Positions 55,229 through 63,802 of a DNA stretch of 64,000 bases are shown in pieces; the stretch's first letter is position 1, and every line of letters starts with the position of its first letter. The stretch spans positions 527,088 to 591,087 of the forward strand of contig CBDCJI010000001.1 in the NCBI GenBank assembly GCA_965217815.1, read 5' to 3'. This DNA is from Chthoniobacterales bacterium (GTDB lineage Bacteria; Verrucomicrobiota; Verrucomicrobiia; Chthoniobacterales; UBA10450). Made by a program: the position numbers and the translations under genes. The notes below the pieces were generated by a model. It made no database searches and was not told the DNA's origin. It saw only the letters and a list, made by a program, of their open reading frames with translations.

Positions 55229-55819
55229 GGGGAGCTCGGGATAGAAATTCCTGGTGCAATCTCTCGGAACCCGCCCTTCGCTCTCAAGGCCAAACTGGCG
55301 CTTCAGGATACCGAGTGAGAGGATCGCGACTGGTTCCCTTTCGACTTTTTGTCTCAATATCCACTCGCACCGAGCATCTTCCCTGTAATCTGGGGACCGT
55401 CGTCATGGCCATTCGCATCTCCTGACACTCTGCTCTCCCTTCCGCCCCATCGTGGGTATGGCCCCAGCTTTGTCGACAAAGCCAGGTAATCACTTCTGGC
55501 CCCGCCTTTTCGGGCATAACCGCTCGCTTAAACCTCCCGGAAGCGTAGTCGGTCAACCGGTGGCGGTGGGGATACGCATTAACCCTTTGACCGTAGCCGC
55601 TAAGTCCCGATTCGGAACGCCTGAGCCATTTCCCACTTGGGACCGAATTGGATTTAGATCGACCTGACCTGGAGCTGAGACATTTCGCTCCTCGGAAGCC
55701 TTCTCTGAAGCGAGGCGCGCTTAGGGGACTGAGGCGCGTTGGATCCGCCGGGCGCGCGTCGCTAGTGGAGGTTTTATGTTAGGGGGACTTGGCCAATTTA
55801 TCTCCTACTGTGGAGACAC

Positions 55820-56665
55820 CTAGGTGACGACGTTAAATGTCGCGTGGCGGCCACGAAGGGTGCTCCGAACGCTGGCCAGATCCGTCTCTCGCTCTAAGCA
55901 GACAAATAGGTGCTTGCCGGTTAGGATGCGCAGATCGCAATTCCACCGCATCAGCTCCCGGTAAACGGTTTCATAACGGGATCCCGGTATCCGGTCATAT
56001 CTCCGGACGTGATTTTTGTAGGTCCACCAGTTCGTGAGAAGGATGAGGGGATACGCGAAAGGCAGCAGGAGCAGGGAGGTGGTCGAACTGGTTGTGTAGA
56101 TGAGAGACTTGATTTTGAAACCGGAAAGCTTGGCGAGCAGGCGAAGCTTTTGAATGCCCAGGAGAAAGAGATGACCCAAATAGATCTCTTCGCTTTGGCC
56201 AGTCATCCAAATGGAGTCGAGCTCGTTCGGCGGCATCATCTTTAGGTGATATTCCGTTTCGAAAAGCGCGTAGCTCAGTTTCGACTGAAGGTTGGAATAG
56301 TTTGGGGTGGTGATGAATAAGGTCCCGTTCTTTTTTAGGACGCGATTGAACTCCTGGAAGGCCCAGTATTGGTCTCTAAAATGTTCCATCCCTTCCTGGC
56401 AAAAAACCACGTCAGCGAAGCCGTCAGGAAGGGGAAGGCCCTCCATGATGTTTACCTGCTCACAATTTAGCCCTTCCGTTTTGAAGTATTGCGGAAAAAG
56501 GTCATAGGGATGAACGACGGCGCCCGCCGCCTCGAGGATCTTGGAAGTGATGCCGGAGCCGGCCGGCAGGTCGATGACGACTTTGTTCTCGAACTCCTTC
56601 TGGTGCTGGAGGATATAGCGTCGGACGTGATACTTGATGCTAACGGGATTATTCTCGTAGGGCAT
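55820..56665 (-). CDS. Class I SAM-dependent methyltransferase
   Basis: VVIDLPAGSGITSKILEAAGAVVHPYDL (motif I plus an acidic post-I residue) and DVVFCQEGMEHF, NGTLFITTP. The start is probably the ATG at 56665 (the track start is 56725). Confidence 0.75.
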   Translation of the reverse strand: MPYENNPVSIKYHVRRYILQHQKEFENKVVIDLPAGSGITSKILEAAGAVVHPYDLFPQYFKTEGLNCEQVNIMEGLPLPDGFADVVFCQEGMEHFRDQYWAFQEFNRVLKKNGTLFITTPNYSNLQSKLSYALFETEYHLKMMPPNELDSIWMTGQSEEIYLGHLFLLGIQKLRLLAKLSGFKIKSLIYTTSSTTSLLLLPFAYPLILLTNWWTYKNHVRRYDRIPGSRYETVYRELMRWNCDLRILTGKHLFVCLERETDLASVRSTLRGRHATFNVVT

Positions 56666-56909
56666 GGGCTGCGCGCATTCAGCGCCGCAACAGAGAATTC
56701 GGAAACTGACGATGCTCGCTCCCATCGTATCCCAGTCGGGCGACCCGTAAAGAGGGAATTCGACCGCGGCCCGGCCGAGGTTGGCCGGCGGCTGGAGAAA
56801 TAGAGGGCGTTATCAGCGGGGATCCCTTTCCTGCGTTTGCCCCCGGGCCGGTCGGCTAGAGAATGTCTCGCACTTGAAACGTCTATCAGGGCGCAACGGC
56901 CGTTCGGGG

Positions 56910-57043
56910 GAGCGCACGCGCCTCGCGTGCTGGCGAGGGTGCCTCGCCCTCGCGAACTTTTCTTCCGCGCTTCGAGACCAAAGAGCGGCCTCAAAGTTCG
57001 TTTTGGCGAGGCGCCAAAACCAGCACGCGAGGCGCGCGCGCTC
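56910..57043. repeat. 134-bp element bounded by 24-bp inverted repeats (GAGCGCACGCGCCTCGCGTGCTGG / CCAGCACGCGAGGCGCGCGCGCTC)
   Basis: 23 of 24 positions are complementary. The interior holds further small palindromes (cgagggtgcctcgccctcg, ttttggcgaggcgccaaaa). It sits in a gene-less stretch. Confidence 0.6.
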
Positions 57044-57934
57044 CTCAGAGAAAGTCCACCTCCATCGCGCCATCCAAGTTCATGACGCCCTCTAGGTAGG
57101 CATGATAGCTTTCGGGCAGCACGGAGTCCGCCACGGCTTCCTCGGATGATGCGGACTGGGAAGCGCGAGCCCACGCTGTCGGATGAGTCGGAGACCACGC
57201 CTCATTGGCGCCTAACATCCCACTCTTGTCCGTTTGGGCTCACCCCTAAGAATGGTCCGTTAAAGCAGTAGCGGATCCGCTCCACACCTCGATTGGGCGG
57301 CTCAGAGTGGAACGGGTCCGGGCTTTGCGTCACCTCGCTGTACCCGTACAGGCAGCTGAATCCCAGAAAGGGCTGTTGGTGTTCGCAACCTCGAGCGGAA
57401 AGGGGGGTCGAAGCGAGGCGCGGAGGGACGCACAGGCTAGAACAGCGTCCCCTGCGCCCTCCTCACGGCGCGATGCGACGGAAGGTGATGCGTGCGGCGT
57501 GAAGACTCCCTCCCGTAAGAGGGCGTCTGAAAAGTCGGTTTCTGTGGGGTGAACTATAGGACGACACCTCGGTCGCCCAGTTTCTGCCGCAGCAGGAACC
57601 GCGGCGTGCGTAGCGCCCGCCGCTACGATTCGTCTATCAACAACTTTAGACGCCTTTAAGATCGGCAGTCCAGTCCGCCTTCGCTCTGATCGCGCAGAGA
57701 ATTCCGGCGCGGCAGACGCCACGGAAACCAAGGACTTGGTACCCGGGAAGTTGCTCCCCCTGCGGCCGGTGCGCCCGTGTCGGCCGTTAGCGAGAATAGG
57801 TATCCGCCCGCGAAACTGACGAACGCAAGGCAAATGGAATATCAGATCGAAGTATCTGTCCCTCTGCCATTTATAACGAAGTCCTCCCGCCCAGGCTCGC
57901 TCTAACCGTTTCCTGAGGTTATCTGGCATACCTG

Positions 57935-58540
57935 ATGCTTATAGTAATTATATATATTATGATTCTTGTAAGCCTCAATCCATTCGCCCTTAAACGTTTC
58001 GTCTTCGTTCTTCTCGCCCTCCTCGGGCTCTCCTGTATCTCCGCCTACGCCGAGCCGCTCTTCTTAAGCGTCAAATCCACCCCTTACGATCACCAAATGA
58101 GCCGAATCCGTCCAGTTCTCCTCACTGCGAGCGAATCCGCTAATAAAGACGGCGTCTCGATGCGGATTGTGAACCACTGGATCGGCGATCTGCGTTCTAT
58201 CCCTTATGGTTTCACCCAGCAGTGGAAGACCCCCGAGGAAACGGCTTCCGGGGCCCCTGCGGATTGCAAAGCCAAGGCAGTGGCCCTCTACCAACGGATG
58301 AGGGACCATGGCGCCGCCAACGTTCGTCTCGTCATTGGCAAGCGCACCCCGTCCAGCCCCTCGACCCACGCGTGGGTCGAATGGGAAACCGCTAATGGAA
58401 ATTACGTGCTCGATCCTACGATCAACTGGATGGCCTATCGTGAAAGCGAACTAGGCTCGCGTTCCTACGTTGCTTATTATGCCTTCTCCGGCGGACGCAA
58501 ATACCGCGCGAGTTCGGCCGCTCTCGTTGCGCAGAACTAA
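57935..58540 (+). CDS. Transglutaminase-like cysteine peptidase (Cys-His-Asp), secreted
   Basis: Signal/TM start. ADCKAKAVALYQRM ... THAWVEWETANGNYVLDPT matches the transglutaminase-like C...H...D spacing. Confidence 0.65.
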   Translation: MLIVIIYIMILVSLNPFALKRFVFVLLALLGLSCISAYAEPLFLSVKSTPYDHQMSRIRPVLLTASESANKDGVSMRIVNHWIGDLRSIPYGFTQQWKTPEETASGAPADCKAKAVALYQRMRDHGAANVRLVIGKRTPSSPSTHAWVEWETANGNYVLDPTINWMAYRESELGSRSYVAYYAFSGGRKYRASSAALVAQN

Positions 58541-58999
58541 GGCGATCGGGGATTCGCAAGGGCCTCCTCGGCCCGACTTCCTGGGTCGATTAGGGGATCA
58601 AGAAAGGGTAAAGCCGACTAAAGTTGCAGCCGCGCCCGATGGAAAATCTCCCTCCGGCGACGCTGCCGTTTAAGCCGATTTTTCAGGAATCAAACCCGCT
58701 CCTCCCCAATTCAAAAAGGGCGCCTGCCCGCAATCGGATTGATTTGGGGGAGCGCTGCTCTCCCCCTGTCCTTCCCGACGGTGACGGCTTGCACGGGTAA
58801 AATGACTGTCCTCGATGTCTTCCCCATGCCTCACTCTGGAACGCTGACGGCTTGCACAAGCGAAAAAATACCCGACTCTCCCCTGCTTCGCGGAGAGGGG
58901 GCGAACGCCGCTCTTTACCGGAGGTGCAAAAAGTTTTGCGTCAATCAAATATTTTTGTTGCCAAACTCCCGCAGTTTTTCTATTCTCGTTTTTGTAGCT

Positions 59000-60406
59000 A
59001 TGGAAATTATGAAGACAAAATCACTCGCATCTCGCACTAAGCTCGTTCTCCTTTGCGCCGCCCTCGCCGCGCCTTCCGTTGGTTTCGCCTCCGATTTGGT
59101 GCTGCAAAAAGCACCTCCTCTGACGGTGGAGCAAGCCCCCGCTTATCCGGAAAACCTGGCGCGCTATCATTTCGGAGCCGAGGTCACCGCTCTCCCGCGA
59201 ACGAATTCCACTGCCAGCCTCCTCCTGAGCTCGAACGGGGAAGACCGCAACACGTCCGCTGCCGCTTTGCTCTGCGACGATCCGACCACCGGCTACGAAT
59301 TGCCGGCGGGCCAATCGAGCGTTCTCGTTTCGCTTGCGAACATCGAGAACATTCAAAGCATCTCGCTGCGCAATGACGGCGCGAAAGGAAATCTCACGAT
59401 CGCCATTTCGAACGCCGACGTTCCCGCCAACAGCCCCGAGTGGCGCCAAGTGCAGCAGCGGCCCATGAGTGAAGGCGCGATCACGGCGAAAGTGGGCCCG
59501 GGCGAGGCGAAGTATGTCAAGCTCACCTTTGATATTACCGCGCCCGGCCGGATCGCTTCCTTCGGCGTTTACGCGACTCCCGCCGTCTCCGACTTCACCA
59601 TGCCCCGGCCCCGGAAGGTCAGTTTTGAGAACGACTCGCCCAGCTTCGCGCTCATCAACTATAACTTCACCGATCTCCATGTCCGGGCTCGCGCGCTCTA
59701 TGCCAGCTCGGGGGACGTGAAACAGCTCAACCAGATGATCGACGATCAACCGGGCACCGCCTACCAATTCGCCGCGGGCGATGGTTCGCCTACCGCCGTG
59801 ATCGATCTGGGCCGGGAACGCACCCTGACCCGTCTCTCTGCCGTCTACGCGGCGCAGGCGGGCAGCGTCGACTTTTACGTCCTCCAGAGCCTTCCGGCGG
59901 GCGTGCCTAACGACTCCGAGATGCAAAAGATTTCCAACCCCCCGCAAACCGCCGATCTTCCTGGCAGCCTGAAAATTAACGAGCAGACCCTGGCTGGGCT
60001 GAAACCGGTTGGCTCTGTCGTCAGCACCGAGGCAGGCCGCGCCGCGGTCGATTTCCCGGCGACCACGGGACGCTACGTGATGTTAAAGTGGCATCCGGCC
60101 ACCGTGCAGGGAGGAGCTTTCTCGGTCGCGCAAGTGGCTGCCTTTGGCCGGCGCAAGAGTTCCCAAGATGCCGGGGCGGACCAGGTGAGCGACAATGATT
60201 CGACCGACGGCAAGCAAGTCGCTGATGGCAAAGATTTGATGGACGGAAAGCAAATTGCCGATGGCAAGAGTATCCTCGACAACAAGGACATTCCCGCCGA
60301 AGGGCCCCTCTCGGAAGCTCAGCCGCCCGCCGAAGGCCCACCGCCCGCTTTGCCTCAAGTCCCGCCGTTCACCTTCATCCCGCAGGTCGGCCCGACCAGC
60401 CCCTAA
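59000..60406 (+). CDS. Secreted protein with two discoidin/F5-8 type C-like domains and a C-terminal DGK-repeat, Pro-rich tail
   Basis: Signal peptide MEIMKTKSLASRTKLVLLCAALAAPSVGFA begins at the ATG at 59000. Two galactose-binding-like modules (..LLCDDPTTGYELPAG..ISLRNDG.., ..MIDDQPGTAYQF..VIDLGRERTL..GRYVMLKW). The track start at 58739 was rejected. Confidence 0.7.
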   Translation: MEIMKTKSLASRTKLVLLCAALAAPSVGFASDLVLQKAPPLTVEQAPAYPENLARYHFGAEVTALPRTNSTASLLLSSNGEDRNTSAAALLCDDPTTGYELPAGQSSVLVSLANIENIQSISLRNDGAKGNLTIAISNADVPANSPEWRQVQQRPMSEGAITAKVGPGEAKYVKLTFDITAPGRIASFGVYATPAVSDFTMPRPRKVSFENDSPSFALINYNFTDLHVRARALYASSGDVKQLNQMIDDQPGTAYQFAAGDGSPTAVIDLGRERTLTRLSAVYAAQAGSVDFYVLQSLPAGVPNDSEMQKISNPPQTADLPGSLKINEQTLAGLKPVGSVVSTEAGRAAVDFPATTGRYVMLKWHPATVQGGAFSVAQVAAFGRRKSSQDAGADQVSDNDSTDGKQVADGKDLMDGKQIADGKSILDNKDIPAEGPLSEAQPPAEGPPPALPQVPPFTFIPQVGPTSP

Positions 60407-60568
60407 CGTAAACAACTTCGACTGCGAGTGCCCGTTCGCCGGTCCCCGTGACCAGCGGACGGGTTTCGCTTTTTCAAGCTAGAGGGCGTTTTAGCCCTAA
60501 CGATGCAATTGGAAGTGGAAGGAGGGGGCGTCGGTGTAGCGGCGACGCCCTCGTCGCCTGGAAGTGGA

Positions 60569-60592
60569 GGCGGCGCCCCTCGCCGCCTTTTC
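60569..60592 (+). terminator. Candidate rho-independent terminator
   Basis: GGCGGCG-CCCCT-CGCCGCC followed by TTTTC, preceded by a second small hairpin (GGCGACG..CGTCGCC at 60541-60558). It lies between convergent genes. Confidence 0.4.
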
Positions 60593-60685
60593 GGGCGCAC
60601 CGGATGTTGAGCGCTGGGGAATCGCGAGGCAGGCGAAGCGCCCGGCCTACAATTCGGCCATCAACCCGAATTTCTGGACTCCGGC

Positions 60686-61942
60686 TTAGAGTTGGTCCCG
60701 AATGATCTGGAAGATGATCGTATTATCGAGAAAGCCATGGAGCTTCTCACTGCCCGGCCCGCTTCCGGCCGCCAACACATCGGTCGCCGTCGTCCGGGCC
60801 AGAGGCGAGAAGATTGCGGCCGGCTCCTGATTGGCGTTCTCCCGAGGAAATCCTTCCCCGCTGGCGATCGTGGAGGGAGGCGGCTCCCGGGGTCCGTTCG
60901 GACCGCTCGCCCAGGTCAAGGCGGGTTCTCCCGCGGCATTGATTCCCAGCAGGGCGATGCCGCGATCACGACGAAAAGGAGCGCCGCTTAAGGTAAGGCC
61001 GCCGATTCCCAGATTGCCCGTGACCAGAATGGTGGAATTTTCGCCTGCATAGCTGCCTGCGACTGCCACGGCCCGATCCAGTCTAACGGTTTCAGTCAAA
61101 GTTTGCTCCCCGTGATTTTGCCGCGCCGCCAGTCCCATCAGGCCAGCATCGACGATTAATAAATAACCTCCTGGGTTCCATTGCAGGAGTTCGATTGCGC
61201 GCCGGGTCATATCCGGCAAACTGGGTTGCTCTCCGCCTGCCGCTCTCGGATTGGCCAGGACGGTTTCGCCGCTGGGGAAGAGGCCGAGTAAACGCGGCCG
61301 GCGCCAGCGCGGGACATTCTCCAGTTCGGCCTTGCTGCGCACGAGCTCAAAGCCATTTCGACGCAGTTCGAGGAGCAGATCGCGACCATCGTTGCGCTGA
61401 CCGCCTTTCGCTTCCGGAAGGAATTCGCCACCCGCACCGCCGAGCGCGAGGTCGATTTTCCGCCCCTCTGCAAACTGCCGGGCATTATCCTCCACCCCTC
61501 CCTCGCTCTGCGCATAAAAGGCTGCCGCCGTCGGGTTCGTTAGGTTGGCGTCCGTGACCAAGCCGATGGCTCGGCCTTTGGCGCGGGCCAGATCGATCAT
61601 GGTGGCGAGCGCCTTGCCTTTCGGATCGCGGCCGAGAACGCCGTTATTTACCTTCTGCCCCGTGGCCAGCGTAGTGGCCGCCGCGCTCTCGTCTGGCGTC
61701 GCGAAGTCGGCCGAAGCATTGGCCAGCGAGGCCATAGCGGGAAGCGACTCGATGGCTAGGCGCGAGTTGGCGCCCCCCGCGTAGAGACGCGCCGCGGCGA
61801 GCCGGCCCGGCGTGAGCCCCTCCCCGATGAAGAGCACGATGCCGAAAGGCTTTTGCACCACCCAGTGGCGGAAATAAAGCACGCCCAAGGCGCCGAAAAT
61901 CGTGAGGCAAAGCAGAGCCAGGATCTGATTGCGCCAGCGCAT
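60686..61942 (-). CDS. Alkaline phosphatase (PhoA family)
   Basis: TPDESAAATTLATGQK (active-site Ser context), plus GLVTDANLTNPTAAAFYA and overall PhoA-like sequence. Confidence 0.85.
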   Translation of the reverse strand: MRWRNQILALLCLTIFGALGVLYFRHWVVQKPFGIVLFIGEGLTPGRLAAARLYAGGANSRLAIESLPAMASLANASADFATPDESAAATTLATGQKVNNGVLGRDPKGKALATMIDLARAKGRAIGLVTDANLTNPTAAAFYAQSEGGVEDNARQFAEGRKIDLALGGAGGEFLPEAKGGQRNDGRDLLLELRRNGFELVRSKAELENVPRWRRPRLLGLFPSGETVLANPRAAGGEQPSLPDMTRRAIELLQWNPGGYLLIVDAGLMGLAARQNHGEQTLTETVRLDRAVAVAGSYAGENSTILVTGNLGIGGLTLSGAPFRRDRGIALLGINAAGEPALTWASGPNGPREPPPSTIASGEGFPRENANQEPAAIFSPLARTTATDVLAAGSGPGSEKLHGFLDNTIIFQIIRDQL

Positions 61943-62034
61943 CCCTCGATAGAGCGAGTGGCGCGGGCCTTGTCAATCCCGCAGGCGCGGGAAACCGCTT
62001 GAGCGTCGGCCAGCTCCCCGGCAAAGTGCCCTCT

Positions 62035-63567
62035 ATGGCGAAACCGGTGCTTCTCGTGATTCGCGACGGCTGGGGAATCAATCCGGGCGGTCGGGCCGCG
62101 CGCGAGCAAAATGGCGACGCCACCCTGCTCGCGCAGACTCCCTTCCACGACCAGCTTTACCGCGACTATCCCACGTCCACCTTGCGGGCCAGCGGCCGGG
62201 ACGTCGGCCTCCCGGATGGACAGATGGGAAATTCCGAAGTCGGCCATCTCAATCTGGGCGCGGGCCGGATCGTTTATCAGGATCTCACTCGGATCAACAA
62301 AGCCATCGCCGACGGCGACTTGAGGCGGAATCAGGTTTTACAGGATGCCTTCGCTCAGGCCCGCACCGGACGGCTCCATTTTATCGGGCTCGTCTCGGAC
62401 GGAGGCGTGCACAGTCATTACCGCCATCTCTTCGCCTTGGCCGAGGCCGCGCGCGAGGCCGGCGTGGGTGAGATTCTCGTCCACGCGATTACGGATGGCC
62501 GCGATGCTTCGCCCACTGGCGGGGCCGCTTACCTCACGACCTGTGCGGCGGAGCTTGCCCGGAGCGGCGCGCGTCTGCTTACCGTGGTCGGCCGTTATTT
62601 TGCGATGGACCGGGACCGGCGCTGGGACCGGACCAAGCTGGCCTGGGACGCCATCGTTCTCGGGCGCGGCGAACTTTGCTCCGAAACGCCCGCGGCCGCC
62701 GTCCGCCGGCATTACGAGGCGGGCAAAACGGACGAGTTCATGCCGCCCTTGATCTTTTCCGAGCCTAACGAACAACGGATTCGGGACGGCGACACCATCC
62801 TCTTCTTTAACTTTCGCGCCGATCGCGCGCGGCAGCTCTCCCAGGCTTTCCTTTTGCCGGATTTCGAGGGTTTCGACCGCGAGGTTTGGCCGCGGATTCA
62901 TTACGTCACCCTGACCGAGTTTGATGCCACTTACGACTGTTCGGTCGTCTTCGGGCCGCAGTCTTTGCCAAATATTCTCGGCCAAGTCGTGAGCGCCGCG
63001 GGCCGCACGCAATTGCGCATCGCGGAGACGGAGAAATATCCGCATGTCACTTATTTCTTTAACGGAGGGGTGGAAGAGCCCTGGCCGGGAGAAGAACGCA
63101 AAATCATCCCGTCCCCCAAAGTCGCCACTTACGATTTGCAGCCGGAGATGAGCGCAGGGCAGGTGACCGACGAGGTGCTTAGCCAGTTGGCGCAGTACGA
63201 TCTGATAATTTTGAATTACGCCAACCCGGACATGGTTGGGCATACCGGCGTGGTGCCGGCGGGCGTGCACGCGGTCGAGACAATCGACGCTGCGGTGGCG
63301 CGGCTCGTCGCGGCCGCCTTGTCGTTAGGCGGGAAACTTCTCCTCACCGCCGATCACGGCAATTGCGAACAGATGCGCAATCCAGACGGCTCGCCGAACA
63401 CAGCGCATACGACGAATTTGGTGCACTTAATTTACGTGGCGGACAATGCGAAAAGCTTCCGGCTGGAGGACGGCATTCTGGCCGATATTGCGCCGACGCT
63501 GCTTTTCCTTCTCGGCCTGCCGCAGCCTCCGGAAATGACGGGTCACAATTTACTCGTCGCCCTGTAG
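62035..63567 (+). CDS. gpmI: 2,3-bisphosphoglycerate-independent phosphoglycerate mutase
   Basis: MAKPVLLVIRDGWG, MGNSEVGHLNLGAGR, SDGGVHSH and ADHGN motifs. The ATG at 62035 is used. Confidence 0.93.
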   Translation: MAKPVLLVIRDGWGINPGGRAAREQNGDATLLAQTPFHDQLYRDYPTSTLRASGRDVGLPDGQMGNSEVGHLNLGAGRIVYQDLTRINKAIADGDLRRNQVLQDAFAQARTGRLHFIGLVSDGGVHSHYRHLFALAEAAREAGVGEILVHAITDGRDASPTGGAAYLTTCAAELARSGARLLTVVGRYFAMDRDRRWDRTKLAWDAIVLGRGELCSETPAAAVRRHYEAGKTDEFMPPLIFSEPNEQRIRDGDTILFFNFRADRARQLSQAFLLPDFEGFDREVWPRIHYVTLTEFDATYDCSVVFGPQSLPNILGQVVSAAGRTQLRIAETEKYPHVTYFFNGGVEEPWPGEERKIIPSPKVATYDLQPEMSAGQVTDEVLSQLAQYDLIILNYANPDMVGHTGVVPAGVHAVETIDAAVARLVAAALSLGGKLLLTADHGNCEQMRNPDGSPNTAHTTNLVHLIYVADNAKSFRLEDGILADIAPTLLFLLGLPQPPEMTGHNLLVAL

Positions 63568-63674
63568 ACGCTTCGCTCTGCCAAGCGCGGGGGGTGGCGT
63601 TCGTCGTTAGGGGAGGCGCAAATTATTTCCCGCCGCCCAGGTATCTGTTTAGTCCAACGAGGAGCCTGGCGCTC

Positions 63675-63802
63675 TGTCATCCCTGAGGCCGGCGCAGCGC
63701 GCCGAGGGATCTCGCGGTTGCTCTGATGGGTCCATCTGTCCTAAAGAACGACGCCGAGACCTTGCGCGAGATCCCTCGCCGTCTGTGCGGGCTCGGATGA
63801 CA
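63675..63802. repeat. Palindromic intergenic repeat, family 1, diverged copy C
   Basis: tgtcatccctgag..gcgcagcgcgccgagggatctcgcgg and cgcgagatccctcgcc..gggctcggatgaca are inverted. The arms carry small insertions relative to copies A and B. Confidence 0.6.

Noticed and set aside
57330-57929. 199-aa ORF on the - strand in the gene-less stretch
   Set aside because: The translation is Arg-rich and non-globular, with no motifs. It is treated as non-coding or decayed DNA.
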